Part shown: one piece after another, positions 40,868 to 50,603 of the stretch
How positions within the stretch are numbered: position 1 is the first letter of the stretch
Layout of the letters: each line of letters begins with the position of its first letter
Assembly: GCA_964450125.1 (NCBI GenBank)
Contig: CAYVDO010000002.1
Span: 1 to 59,938 of the forward strand
Direction: 5' to 3'
Origin: an uncultured bacterium
GTDB lineage: Bacteria; JADJOY01
DNA length: 59,938 nucleotides
Translations under genes and position numbers: made by a program
The notes under the pieces: model-generated
What the model was told of the DNA's origin: nothing
Seen by the model: the letters and a program-made list of their open reading frames with translations, nothing else
Database searches by the model: none

Positions 40868-42319
40868 ATGAAACTCGCGCATCCGCGTGCGCATCACCTG
40901 CCGTACGTTGCAGCCCTGGCGATCGCGTCGTTCGCGTCGTTCGCCTTCGCCCAGGACTCCACGCCGAGTGGAGGCTCGGCCTGGACGCAGCCCATCCGGG
41001 TCGGCTCGGCCGGCTCCGCGTACCTCAACCTCTCGCTCGACGCGCTCTTCTCGGTCGGGACCTCGACCGAAAAGGAGGTGACGTCGCTCCAGCTCGGCGG
41101 ACACGACCCGAGCCAGCGCGGCTTCACCGTCCAGAACGTCGAGGCGGTGTTCGACGGCGCGGTCGACCCGTACTTGAAGGGCACGGCGAACGTCATCTTC
41201 CAACTCGACCCCGAAGGAGAAACCGTCGTCGAGCTGGAAGAGGCCTACCTCGTCACCCAGTCGCTGCCGTGGGACTTGCAAGCGAAGGCGGGCCAGTTCC
41301 TGACCGAGCTCGGGCGCATCAACGGCCGCCATCCGCACCAATGGGACTTCGTGGACATCCCGCTGGTGAACGGCCGCCTGCTCGGCGGCGACGGGCTACG
41401 CGGTCCGGGCGCGCGGCTCTCTTGGCTCATGCCGCTGCCCTTCTACTCGGAGATCCTCGTCACCCTGCAGAACAGCCAAGGCGAGACCGCAGCCAGCTTC
41501 CGCAACGAGAACGAAGGCGAGCCGCTCTTCGGTCGCGTCCCCGAGGACCGCGGCGTGAACGAGCTGGGCGACATGCTCGTGAGCGGCCGCTGGTCGGGCT
41601 CGTTCGATCTCACCGACGACCAGACGCTGGTGCTCGGGGTCTCGGGTGTTTCGGGGCCGAACGCCACCGGCGAAAACACCCACACCCAGATCTACGGCAC
41701 GGACCTCTACTGGAAGTGGAAGTCGCCGCGCGCCGAGCAGGGCTTTCCATTCGCGTCGTTCACCACCGAAGCCATGTATCGACGCTTCCAGGCGGGCGAG
41801 GAGCTCGCGTCGGCGAGCTCCGCCCGCCTGTCGATCCTTTCTCGGGGGTCTGTTCCAGACCCCCGCCCCGCAAAAGGCGCGACTTTTGCGGGGCCCCACC
41901 CCCAAGCCGAGTCGCTTTGCTCGTCGCGCGCCGCTGGCGCGTGCCTCTCGTTGGCAACCGTTGATCACACGGGCGCGTTCGAGAGCACGCCGGAATCTCC
42001 CGACGAAGCGCCGCTGGTGCTGCCGCACGAGACGCTCGAAGACTGGGGGCTCTACGCACAGGCGCTCTACGGCTTCACGCGCGGCTGGGTCGCCGGCGTG
42101 CGCGGCGATTTCGTGGGCGGCAACCGCGGCGCCTTCGACCCCGATCCCGATCGCTCGCGGCGAGTGCGCGTGTCACCGGTGCTCACCTGGTACCCGAGCG
42201 AGTTCTCGAAGCTCCGTCTCCAGTACAACCTCGATCGCGTCGAAGACCGGGCGTACGACCACTCGGTCTGGCTCTCGGCCGAGTTCCTGATCGGCAGCCA
42301 CGGCGCACACAGCTTCTGA
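40868..42319 (+). CDS. Outer-membrane beta-barrel protein of the zinc cluster, carrying an in-frame repeat-element insertion
   Basis: Start MKLAHPRAHHLPYVAALAIASFASFAFA after gggagga. Beta-strand-rich sequence. The C-terminal ...WLSAEFLIGSHGAHSF ends in an aromatic residue. Confidence 0.7.
   Translation: MKLAHPRAHHLPYVAALAIASFASFAFAQDSTPSGGSAWTQPIRVGSAGSAYLNLSLDALFSVGTSTEKEVTSLQLGGHDPSQRGFTVQNVEAVFDGAVDPYLKGTANVIFQLDPEGETVVELEEAYLVTQSLPWDLQAKAGQFLTELGRINGRHPHQWDFVDIPLVNGRLLGGDGLRGPGARLSWLMPLPFYSEILVTLQNSQGETAASFRNENEGEPLFGRVPEDRGVNELGDMLVSGRWSGSFDLTDDQTLVLGVSGVSGPNATGENTHTQIYGTDLYWKWKSPRAEQGFPFASFTTEAMYRRFQAGEELASASSARLSILSRGSVPDPRPAKGATFAGPHPQAESLCSSRAAGACLSLATVDHTGAFESTPESPDEAPLVLPHETLEDWGLYAQALYGFTRGWVAGVRGDFVGGNRGAFDPDPDRSRRVRVSPVLTWYPSEFSKLRLQYNLDRVEDRAYDHSVWLSAEFLIGSHGAHSF
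41826..41950 (+). repeat. Three-hairpin dispersed repeat, copy B, inside the OMP coding sequence
   Basis: H1 gggtctg-ttc-cagaccc (41846-41862). H2 ccccgcaaaa-N8-ttttgcgggg (41866-41893). Then ccccacccccaag and H3 cgcgcc-gct-ggcgcg (41927-41941). Flanks gcctgtcgat and gcgtgcctc are shared with copy C. Confidence 0.7.
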
Positions 42320-42364
42320 CTTCTCGGGCGGCGCCGCTTCGCGCGCGCCGCGGGAGACTCCTTC

Positions 42365-43330
42365 ATGAAACGAATCGGAGACCTTTTCCCCTCACTCGCG
42401 GCGCTGCTCGTTTTCGGCGCCGTGTTCGCACCCGGCACGACGCGCGCAGCCGAGCTGCGCGTGGTCGCTTCCACTCCCGACCTCGGCGCGATCGCCGAGG
42501 CGGTGGGCGGCGATCGCATCGACGTCACGTCGATTGCGCGCGGCACCGAGGACCCGCATTTCGTCGACCCCAAGCCCAGCCACGTCGTCAGCCTCAATCG
42601 CGCCGACGCCCTCGTCGAAGGCGGCGCCGAGCTCGAGGTGGGCTGGCTTCCGAAGCTGGTCGAGTCGTCGCGCAACGCGAAGATCACGACCGGCGCACCG
42701 GGGCGGATCGTCGGCAACGCGGGCGTCCAGCTCTTCGAGTTCCCCACCGGGCCGATCGACCGCTCGATGGGCGACGTCCATCCCGCCGGGAACCCGCACT
42801 ACCTCCTCGATCCCCGCAACGCCGTGATCGTGGCCGGCACGCTCGCCGAGCGATTCGCCGCGCTCGACACCGGCGGCGCCGAGAACTACCGCGCCAACGC
42901 CGCGGCGTTCACGAGCGACCTCACGAGCCGCATCCAGGGCTGGGAGCGGCGGCTCGCGAGCCTGCGCGGCGCCAAGGTGGTCGAGTACCACAAGCTCTTC
43001 GAGTACCTGGCGCGCTGGCTCGGGCTCGAGATTCTCGGTCAGGTCGAGCCCAAGCCGGGCATCCCGCCCAATCCCGCCCACGTCGCTGCGCTCGAAGCGC
43101 AGATGCGCGGCGCGAAGGTCCCGCTGCTCCTCGCCACGACCTACCACCCCGCCGAGGTCACGGCGGAAATCGCACACCGCACCGGCGCAACGGTGGCGAC
43201 GATTCCCACCTCGGTGGGCGACGGCGAAGGCAACACCACCTACCCCGCGATGATCGAGCAGATCGTCACCGCCCTCGCCAAGGCGACGGCGAGCAGCGCC
43301 GCGACGGCGACGAGAAGCGAGGGACACTGA
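42365..43330 (+). CDS. znuA: Metal (Zn/Mn) ABC transporter substrate-binding protein, ZnuA-like
   Basis: Signal peptide. Also VVASTPDLGAIAEAVGGDRIDVTSIARGTEDPHFVDPKPS and HPAGNPHYLLDP. Confidence 0.8.
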   Translation: MKRIGDLFPSLAALLVFGAVFAPGTTRAAELRVVASTPDLGAIAEAVGGDRIDVTSIARGTEDPHFVDPKPSHVVSLNRADALVEGGAELEVGWLPKLVESSRNAKITTGAPGRIVGNAGVQLFEFPTGPIDRSMGDVHPAGNPHYLLDPRNAVIVAGTLAERFAALDTGGAENYRANAAAFTSDLTSRIQGWERRLASLRGAKVVEYHKLFEYLARWLGLEILGQVEPKPGIPPNPAHVAALEAQMRGAKVPLLLATTYHPAEVTAEIAHRTGATVATIPTSVGDGEGNTTYPAMIEQIVTALAKATASSAATATRSEGH

Positions 43331-43331
43331 C

Positions 43332-44153
43332 ATGGAGCTCATCCACGTGATGACGCTGCCGTTTCTCGCCTGCCTGGTGCTGGTCGGCATCCACGGCTAC
43401 CTGGGACTTCACATCCTCGCTCGCGGCGTCATCTTCGTGGACCTGGCGCTCGCGCAGATCGCGGCGCTGGGTGCGGTGCTCGCGCTGGTGGTGGGGCTCG
43501 ATCACGAGGGGCCGTGGGCCTACTGGTTCTCGGTCACGTTCACGCTCGCGGGGGCCGCGATGTTCGCGCTCACCCGCACCCGCCGCCAGGGCATCCCGCA
43601 AGAGGCGGTGATCGGCATCACCTACGCGGTCGCCGCGGCCGCGGGCGTGATCGCCCTCGACAAGGCGCCGCACGGCGCCGAGGAGCTGAAGGAGATGCTC
43701 ACCGGCGCGATCCTGTGGGTGAACGCCAAGACGGTGCTGCATTCGGCGGCGGTCTACTCGGTGATGGGGCTCGTCCACTGGGTGTTCCGCGACAAGTTCG
43801 TGGCGATTTCGTTCGAGCCGGAGCGCGCCGTCGCCGAAGGAATCGCCGTGCGGTTCTGGGATTTCGTCTTCTACGCGACGTTCGGCATCATCATCACGAT
43901 CTCCGTGCCGGTGGCCGGCGTGTTGCTGGTGTTCACGTTCCTGATCGTGCCCGCCGTGGCGTCGGCGCTGTTGGTCACGGGACTGCGCGCGCGCGTTGCA
44001 GTGGCGTACGCGGTGGGCATGGTGGGCAGCGTGATCGGCTGTGTGGCGAGCTACACCCTCGATTTGCCCACGGGTGCCGCGGTGGTGGTGGTGTTCGGGG
44101 TGATGCTCGCGGTGATCGCGCTCGGTTCGCGACTGCGCCCCGCACAGTCATGA
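43332..44153 (+). CDS. znuB: Metal ABC transporter permease, ZnuB-like
   Basis: LACLVLVGIHGYLGLHILARGVIFVDLALAQIAALG..., with 8-9 TM helices. Confidence 0.8.
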   Translation: MELIHVMTLPFLACLVLVGIHGYLGLHILARGVIFVDLALAQIAALGAVLALVVGLDHEGPWAYWFSVTFTLAGAAMFALTRTRRQGIPQEAVIGITYAVAAAAGVIALDKAPHGAEELKEMLTGAILWVNAKTVLHSAAVYSVMGLVHWVFRDKFVAISFEPERAVAEGIAVRFWDFVFYATFGIIITISVPVAGVLLVFTFLIVPAVASALLVTGLRARVAVAYAVGMVGSVIGCVASYTLDLPTGAAVVVVFGVMLAVIALGSRLRPAQS

Positions 44154-44263
44154 ATTTCCGCCCCTCGCCGCACGTCGATGAGAGGACTCGACGTGTGCAC
44201 GTCTGCGCCGAGCCGCGATCTGCGCCATCCTGTGCCGCCTCTGCGAACACCCCGGGAATCCAC

Positions 44264-47047
44264 ATGCCTCCACATCACCCGCTTCGTCTCCGCGCATGGC
44301 TCGCCTTTCTCGTACCGCTGGTCCTCGGTGGCACGAGCGCCAGGGCGGACGAGCTCGCCGAGCGCTTCCCCGCCGACGTCCGCGCGGCACTCGAGGCACT
44401 CCCCGAGCGCTCGCGCCCGGTGGAGCTACGCGCGACTCCGAACGGCGCGCTCTACGCGCTGCTGCCCAACGGCGCCGAGCTCATCGCGCTGGAAAAGCGC
44501 AATGCGCCAGTGGTGAGCGTGCAGGCGTGGGTTCGCACCGGCGCCATCCACGAGCAGGAATGGCTCGGCGCCGGGCTCAGCCATTTCTGTGAGCACCTGC
44601 TCTTCAAGGGCACCACCAAGCGCCCCACCGGCCAGCTCGAGCAGGACATCCGCGGAGGCGGCGGCGACAACAACGCGTACACGTCGAGCGAACGCACCGT
44701 GTACCACGTGACCACCGCAGCCTCGAGCTTCGCCACTGCGTTCGACGCGCTCTCCGACATGCTCATGAACGCCACCTTCCCGCCCGAGGAGGTGAAGAAA
44801 GAACACGGGGTGGTGCAGAAGGAGATCGAGCGCGCCAGCGACGACCCCGACCGCGCGCTCTACGATCAGTTCGAGGCCACGCTCTACCAGGCGCACCCCT
44901 ACCGCGTTCCCGTGCTCGGCTACGCCGACCGCTTCGCGCGAGTGACGCGGGAAGAGGTCTACGCCTACTACAAGCGCCGCTACAGCCCGTCGAACACGGT
45001 TTTCATCGCCGTCGGCGACTTCCGCGCCGCGGACGCGCTCACGCTCATGGCGAGCACCGTGGCGGGTTGGACGCGAACCAGCATCCCGCCAGCGTTGGTG
45101 CCGAGCGAACCGCCGCAGATCGCCGCGCGGGAGGTGGCGATCTCACACCACCTCGCCAAGGTGCCGAAGATGATCATCGGCTTCCCGACGGTCTCGGCTC
45201 GCGACCCCGATCTCTACGCCCTCGACGTGCTCGCCGGCGTCCTCGGTAGCGGCCGGTCGAGCCGTCTCTACCAGAGCGTCAAGGACCAGCAGAAGCTGGT
45301 GCTGGAGGTCTCTGCGTTCAACTACACGCCCCTCCATCCGGGCTATCTCGCGGTCTCGGCCGCCGCGGAGGCCGGCAACCTCGAGGCCGCGCGCGGCGCG
45401 ATCCTCGCGGTGCTGGAGAAGGCGAAGACCGAACCACCCGAACCCGAGGAGTTGGCGCGGGTCAAGCGCGACATCGAGGCGAGCCGAGTCTTCAGTCAGA
45501 TGACCGCGGAGGGTGTCGCCGAACAGCTCGGCAACGACTGGCTCACCACCGGCGATCTCGATTTCTCGCGGCTCTACGCCGAGCGGATCCAGCGCGTGAC
45601 CGCGGACGACGTCGTCGCCGCTGCGCAGAAGTACATCGACCTCGACAAGCTCGACGTGGTGGTGATGACACCGCCCGAGAGCGAGAGCAGAGCGCAGCCA
45701 GCTGCGCCCAGACAGACCACGAGCGGTGCCGAGCCCAGCACCGCGAGCCTCGCCGCCATCGACGCGCTGAAGGCGATGCCCGAGGTCGCCGGTGCCAGCG
45801 TCCAGCACGTGGCCGGCACCGAGGTCTACGAGGTGCAGCTCACGAGCGGCCTGCGCGTGATCGTGCGCGAGGACGCGTCGATCCCTGCCGTCCACGGCGC
45901 CGTCGTGGCGCTCGGCGGCCAGCGCTCCGAGCCTGCAGACAAGGCGGGCGCCGGCAATCTGGTGGCACACATGCTCGATCGCGGCAGCGCCGCCTTCACC
46001 AAGGCCGAGCTGGCAGCCAAAGTCGAAGGCCTGGGCGCCGAGCTGAGCCCGTTCGGTGGACGCAACACCTTCGGCATCCAGTTCCGCTGCCTGAAGGAGG
46101 ATCTACCCAAGATTCTGAGCCTCGCGGGCGAGAGCTTTCTCAGGCCGGCGTTCCCCAGCGACGAGCTCGAGGCGCTGCGCAAGGAAACGCTCGCACAGAT
46201 CGACGAGCAGGAATCGAACCTGGCGAGCCTGGACCTCAAGATTCTGCGCGCCACGGTGTTTGGCGATCACCCCTATGCGCGGCCGGTGATCGGCACCAAG
46301 GACACGATCGCGAGCGTGACCGCGGCCGAGCTGGCGAAGCTGCACCGCGCGTGGACGCGCCCCGAGACCAGCGTCGTTACCTTCTCCGGCGACGTTCGCA
46401 GCCTCGATGCCGTGCGCTGGGTGCTCGACTCGTTCCGGAGCTTCCCGCTCGCCGCCGACGCTCCGATCGTGCCGCCTGCGCTGGTGGCGATCGATGCTCC
46501 GCGCAGCGCGGAGCGCGAGGTCGCGGGTCTCACCGGTGCGGCGATCGCGCTCGGCTTCCAGACCGTCAAGATCGGCGACCCCGACCGCGAGGTGCTCGAC
46601 GTCACGGACCGCTTGCTCTCGGGCCTCGGCGGGCGGCTTTACGACGAGCTGCGCGAGAAACGCGGCATCGTGTATCAGGCGTTCGCACGCAACGAGAGCC
46701 AGCTCGACGCCGGATTCTTCCTGTTCTTCGCGCAGACCGATCCCAAGAACCTGGAGCGCACCAAGCAGATCTTCTGGGGCGAGATCGAGAAGCTCGCGCG
46801 CACGCCGGTGCCGGCCAAGGAGCTGGATCAGGTGAAGAAGTATTTCGCCGGCACCGAGGCCATCGAGCTGCAAGACCAAGGACAGGTGGCGCTCCGCATG
46901 GCGCTCTCGGTCCTCTACGGCGAGGGCATCGAGAACGTCTTCACCCGTCACCAACGGATCGAGCGGGTGACGGCGGCCGACATCCAGGCTGCGGCGCAGC
47001 GCTACTTCCTAGCCGAGCGCTCCGCGCTCGCCACCGTGCGTCCCTAA
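44264..47047 (+). CDS. Secreted tandem M16 (pitrilysin-family) zinc peptidase
   Basis: Start MPPHHPLRLRAWLAFLVPLVLGG (ATG at 44264). Inverted zinc motif HFCEHLLF. Two M16 active/inactive domain pairs, about 927 aa. The upstream part of ORF 43514.. is out-of-frame overlap with znuB. Confidence 0.9.
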   Translation: MPPHHPLRLRAWLAFLVPLVLGGTSARADELAERFPADVRAALEALPERSRPVELRATPNGALYALLPNGAELIALEKRNAPVVSVQAWVRTGAIHEQEWLGAGLSHFCEHLLFKGTTKRPTGQLEQDIRGGGGDNNAYTSSERTVYHVTTAASSFATAFDALSDMLMNATFPPEEVKKEHGVVQKEIERASDDPDRALYDQFEATLYQAHPYRVPVLGYADRFARVTREEVYAYYKRRYSPSNTVFIAVGDFRAADALTLMASTVAGWTRTSIPPALVPSEPPQIAAREVAISHHLAKVPKMIIGFPTVSARDPDLYALDVLAGVLGSGRSSRLYQSVKDQQKLVLEVSAFNYTPLHPGYLAVSAAAEAGNLEAARGAILAVLEKAKTEPPEPEELARVKRDIEASRVFSQMTAEGVAEQLGNDWLTTGDLDFSRLYAERIQRVTADDVVAAAQKYIDLDKLDVVVMTPPESESRAQPAAPRQTTSGAEPSTASLAAIDALKAMPEVAGASVQHVAGTEVYEVQLTSGLRVIVREDASIPAVHGAVVALGGQRSEPADKAGAGNLVAHMLDRGSAAFTKAELAAKVEGLGAELSPFGGRNTFGIQFRCLKEDLPKILSLAGESFLRPAFPSDELEALRKETLAQIDEQESNLASLDLKILRATVFGDHPYARPVIGTKDTIASVTAAELAKLHRAWTRPETSVVTFSGDVRSLDAVRWVLDSFRSFPLAADAPIVPPALVAIDAPRSAEREVAGLTGAAIALGFQTVKIGDPDREVLDVTDRLLSGLGGRLYDELREKRGIVYQAFARNESQLDAGFFLFFAQTDPKNLERTKQIFWGEIEKLARTPVPAKELDQVKKYFAGTEAIELQDQGQVALRMALSVLYGEGIENVFTRHQRIERVTAADIQAAAQRYFLAERSALATVRP

Positions 47048-47060
47048 CCGGCTGCTGAAA

Positions 47061-47166
47061 GAGGCACGCGCCAGCGGCGCGCCGACGAGCGTAGCGAGTC
47101 TGCGGGGGTGGGGCCCCGCAAAAACCGCGCTTTTTGCGGGGCGGGGGGCTTGAAGAGCCCCCCGAG
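47061..47166 (-). repeat. Three-hairpin dispersed repeat, copy C
   Basis: On the + strand: cgcgcc-agc-ggcgcg (47067-47081), gggggtgggg, ccccgcaaaaa-N6-tttttgcgggg (47114-47141), gggggct-tgaag-agccccc (47144-47162). Flanked by gctgctgaaa (47051) and tttcagcagc (47205). Confidence 0.7.
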
Positions 47167-47207
47167 GAAGCATCGACAGGCTCGAAAGACTCGCTCCGGC
47201 GAGCTTT

Positions 47208-48134
47208 TCAGCAGCCTGCTGACGCTCGGCGGGCGCGGATGCGCAGGTAGACGTCGTCGCCGCGCCGGAAGCGCTCGAACTTCTCGCTCTCGGCCACCGC
47301 CGCGAAGTACCTCACCTGGGATGCGACGAATCGCGGCAGGCGCAGACGCTCGATGCGGCTCGCCTTGGCGCTACTCGTGAGGCGAAGCGCCTCGATGACG
47401 TTCGCGGTCATGTCCTCGACCGCGACGTCGTCGAAGGCTCCGGATCGCTCGATCGAGCCCCGAAACGCGGCGACGCGGCCGGTGGCGCGGAAGTCGGCGA
47501 TCAAGAGGTGCCCGCCGGGCTTGAGCACGCGTGCAGCTTCGCCCAGGAACGCTCCGAAGTCCGGATACGTGTGCGAGCTCTCCACGCTCAGCACCACGTC
47601 GAACGCTCGATCGGCGAACGGCAGATGCTCGGCGTCGCAACGTTCGAAGCGCAGCCCGGGAATCGGCGGATGGTGCGCGTGGGACGCGCGCACGGCCGCA
47701 CCAGAGAGATCGACGGCGACGTAGCGCCGTGGCTCGAGGTTTCGCGCCAGCCAGGCAGCGCCGCCGCCCAGCCCAGCCCCGACCTCCAGCACGTCGAGTC
47801 CCGTGATCGCCAGTGCGCCCGCATCCGTGGCCGTCCGCTGATAGAGCTCCAGCGCCACCTGGCTCACGAGATCGAGGGCTTGGCCGCGTGCCGGCGCATC
47901 GCCACCGTCGAGGCGAGCGTAGCCGTAGTTGAGGAACGGCCCGCAGACCCCAGTCGCACCGACGAGCGCCGTCACGCCGTCGTAGAAACGTCCATAGAGC
48001 GCCCGCGATTCGTAATGCAGCCGACGGCTCAGGTCGAGAAGCGACCACCACCATCCGAAACGCAACGCTGCCCACCAAACGCGAGTGGGCGCGATCGGGT
48101 GCGACAACGTGGCGACGAGATGCGGCTCGATCAC
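47208..48134 (-). CDS. Class I SAM-dependent methyltransferase
   Basis: VLEVGAGLGGGAAWLA SAM motif. Also FDVVLSVESSHTY and LKPGGHLLIADF. Proposed GTG start at 48134. Confidence 0.8.
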   Translation of the reverse strand: MIEPHLVATLSHPIAPTRVWWAALRFGWWWSLLDLSRRLHYESRALYGRFYDGVTALVGATGVCGPFLNYGYARLDGGDAPARGQALDLVSQVALELYQRTATDAGALAITGLDVLEVGAGLGGGAAWLARNLEPRRYVAVDLSGAAVRASHAHHPPIPGLRFERCDAEHLPFADRAFDVVLSVESSHTYPDFGAFLGEAARVLKPGGHLLIADFRATGRVAAFRGSIERSGAFDDVAVEDMTANVIEALRLTSSAKASRIERLRLPRFVASQVRYFAAVAESEKFERFRRGDDVYLRIRARRASAGC

Positions 48135-48183
48135 GAGGCGCCGATCCTCGCATGTGCGCTGGTCGAAAGCCACGCTCGAGCGA

Positions 48184-49845
48184 TCAGCGGGTGGCGAACA
48201 CCAACACCTCTCGGCTGGCGATCGAATCGCGGTGCACCAGCACCAGCCCCGGCTCGACATGGGACGGATCGAAGAGGGGACGGAGCGCGGGCCGGATGCC
48301 CCACACGGCATAACGATCCAGGACCAAGTGCGTGACGTGGCGCTTGCGTGCGAAGGCCACCAGTGCCGGCGGATCCGCCGCCACCAGCGCGACCATCGGG
48401 CGCCGCGCGTAAAACGCGATCTCGGGCTTCCGGCACATCAGCAACGCGTCGTCGGGAAGGTGGTCGCGCAGCCACTCGCCCACCACCCGGTACTCCACGG
48501 GCTCGCTGTGGGTCGCGACGGCTTTCGCCGTCTTCGCGCCACCGAAGGCCACCAGCGTTGCCACCAGCAACGTGCCCGCTCGCATCTCGGAGACGGCGGG
48601 CAGGCGCCGACGGGCCCAGCGCGCCACAGGTTCGATTCCGGCGGCCGCGAGAAGCAGCGCCGCCGGCACCACCGGCACGAGGAAGCGCGGCAAGATCCCG
48701 TAGAGCGCGAACGCGGCCACCGGCATGCCCGCCGCCGCCACCCACACGAGCCCACGCCGCGACTCGCCACCGGCGCGCCACGCAGCCACCGCACCCGCCA
48801 CGCTCAAGATCGCCAAGGGCCACGGATGCACCTGCCGCGACGGAAGCGCCCGCACCAGGTCCCACACGTTGGCGAGCACGAATCCCATGGCGAAGAGCGG
48901 CTCGCGCCGCGCCACATCGAAGAACGAGTCACCGCGCTCGCGACCGGCGACACCGTCCTCGCCGAAGCCGAGCGTCGGCGCGTCGCCGCCCAGATCGTGG
49001 ACACTGAAACCGAGCGCCTCGTAGGCGAGCACGTCGAGCTTTTCCTTGCGGTGGAGTGAGTCCTTGCCGAGCATCGCGAACGCCATCTCGAGGACCACAC
49101 CGGACTTGGCGCTGAGCGTCCACCGACCGGTGTGGCGATGGAGGTAGCGAACGTACGGGTAGCTCGCGCCGGCGAACGTCACGGCCACGAGCACTGCGGC
49201 GATCGCACGGCGTGCCGGGCGCGCTTCGCCGAACACCGCCAGCGCGACGACGCCCAGCAGGACGTACGCGAGCCCTTCCGGTCGGGTGAGATAGGCGCCG
49301 GCGAATGCGAGCCCTGCCGTCACCGCACCGGCAACCGCGCGCGCGCTCCCTTCCGCGAGCGCGGCACTCGTGACGAGCACGGCCAACCAGCCACCGTACG
49401 CGAGCAGCAAGAACAGCGGCTCGGACATCGAGCCCCAGAACCAGCTCGACACGTAGCTCGTGAGCGTGGGCGAAACGGCCACCAGCCAAGCCGCCCAATG
49501 CGCCGCCGACTCACCGAGGGTGCGGCGAGCCAGCGCGTGCGCGATCGGCACCAAGCCCGCGCCGGCGACCACGAACACGATCCGGCTCGCCCATTCCGGC
49601 GAGCCCACCACACACTCGATTCCTCCCAAGAGCCACGGGAAGAGCGGCGGAAAGATCAGATGCGGCGCCCCCAGCAGCGTGTAGCCCTTGCCGGCCCACA
49701 AGTTGTGGCCGAGCACCAGGTAGAGCGCCTCGTCGGTCCCCACCAGACCTTTGGCGAGCGCGTAGCCCAGCCTGAGCAGCACCGCCGCGAGGGTCGCGAG
49801 CCACGGCGTCGAACCCACCGCGCGCGCCGGCCACACCGCGGTCAC
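48184..49845 (-). CDS. GT39/ArnT-like (PMT_2) membrane glycosyltransferase
   Basis: GTG start at 49845 overlaps the upstream gene stop (GTGA). DEALYLVLGHNLWAGKGY segment, multi-TM. The N-terminal 325 aa of ORF 48184..50820 are out of frame over the neighbouring gene. Confidence 0.8.
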   Translation of the reverse strand: MTAVWPARAVGSTPWLATLAAVLLRLGYALAKGLVGTDEALYLVLGHNLWAGKGYTLLGAPHLIFPPLFPWLLGGIECVVGSPEWASRIVFVVAGAGLVPIAHALARRTLGESAAHWAAWLVAVSPTLTSYVSSWFWGSMSEPLFLLLAYGGWLAVLVTSAALAEGSARAVAGAVTAGLAFAGAYLTRPEGLAYVLLGVVALAVFGEARPARRAIAAVLVAVTFAGASYPYVRYLHRHTGRWTLSAKSGVVLEMAFAMLGKDSLHRKEKLDVLAYEALGFSVHDLGGDAPTLGFGEDGVAGRERGDSFFDVARREPLFAMGFVLANVWDLVRALPSRQVHPWPLAILSVAGAVAAWRAGGESRRGLVWVAAAGMPVAAFALYGILPRFLVPVVPAALLLAAAGIEPVARWARRRLPAVSEMRAGTLLVATLVAFGGAKTAKAVATHSEPVEYRVVGEWLRDHLPDDALLMCRKPEIAFYARRPMVALVAADPPALVAFARKRHVTHLVLDRYAVWGIRPALRPLFDPSHVEPGLVLVHRDSIASREVLVFATR

Positions 49846-50594
49846 GGCCGGACCGCGAGACACACGATGGAATGCCCGAACGGAAGCCGCATTCGCTCGG
49901 CAACGCGCCCTTCCAAGCTCAGCCAGCCCGCCAGCAACCGGTGAAGAACGGCTGGAAACGGCACGTGCAGGTTGTCGCGCTGCTCGTCCGCGGCCCGCGG
50001 AAAGAGCGCTTGCTTGAGCTTGGCCACGCCGAGAAAGAGCGTGATGAACGGCAACAGCGCTGTGTTGTAGTAGGTGGTCCAAACGGCGGTGAATCCGGCG
50101 CGCGCGACCTTGTCGTGAAGCTCGCGAGCGGTGTAGCGGCGCAGGTGATGCGCCACTCGATCGTTGTCGGAGTAGAGCAGCTCGTACGCCGGAACCGTGA
50201 CGAGCAGCGTGCCGCCAGGCACCAGCACGCGATGCGCCTCGCGCAGCGCCGCCTCGTCGTTCGGCAGGTGCTCGATGGCGTCGACGAGTGCTGCCAACGT
50301 GGCCACGCCGGCGCGAAACGGCAGCTTCATCGCGTCGCCGCCGACGGGCGCCGCGGCACCGCGTTCCCGACAGAAGTCGAGCGCCACCTTGCTGGCGTCG
50401 AGCGCCACCACCTGGCCGAACTCGGCCAAGGGATCGAGCATCTCGCCCGCGCCGCAGCCGAGGTCGAGCACGCGCCCAATCGGGGGCCGATAGCGCGTTC
50501 GCCGCAGCAATCCCGTGAAGATCCGGCGGCGGCCGATGAACCACCAGTGGCTCTTCTCGAGATCCCGGAATTGCCTGTAAGCGACGAGCTCCAC
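49842..50594 (-). CDS. Class I SAM-dependent methyltransferase
   Basis: VLDLGCGAGEMLDPLAEFG, and LVPGGTLLVTVPAY. Confidence 0.85.
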   Translation of the reverse strand: MELVAYRQFRDLEKSHWWFIGRRRIFTGLLRRTRYRPPIGRVLDLGCGAGEMLDPLAEFGQVVALDASKVALDFCRERGAAAPVGGDAMKLPFRAGVATLAALVDAIEHLPNDEAALREAHRVLVPGGTLLVTVPAYELLYSDNDRVAHHLRRYTARELHDKVARAGFTAVWTTYYNTALLPFITLFLGVAKLKQALFPRAADEQRDNLHVPFPAVLHRLLAGWLSLEGRVAERMRLPFGHSIVCLAVRP

Positions 50595-50603
50595 GTGGAT
50601 CTC

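Noticed and set aside
43514-44263. N-terminal extension of the M16 peptidase ORF
   Set aside because: It overlaps znuB in another frame. The peptidase has its own ATG and signal peptide at 44264.
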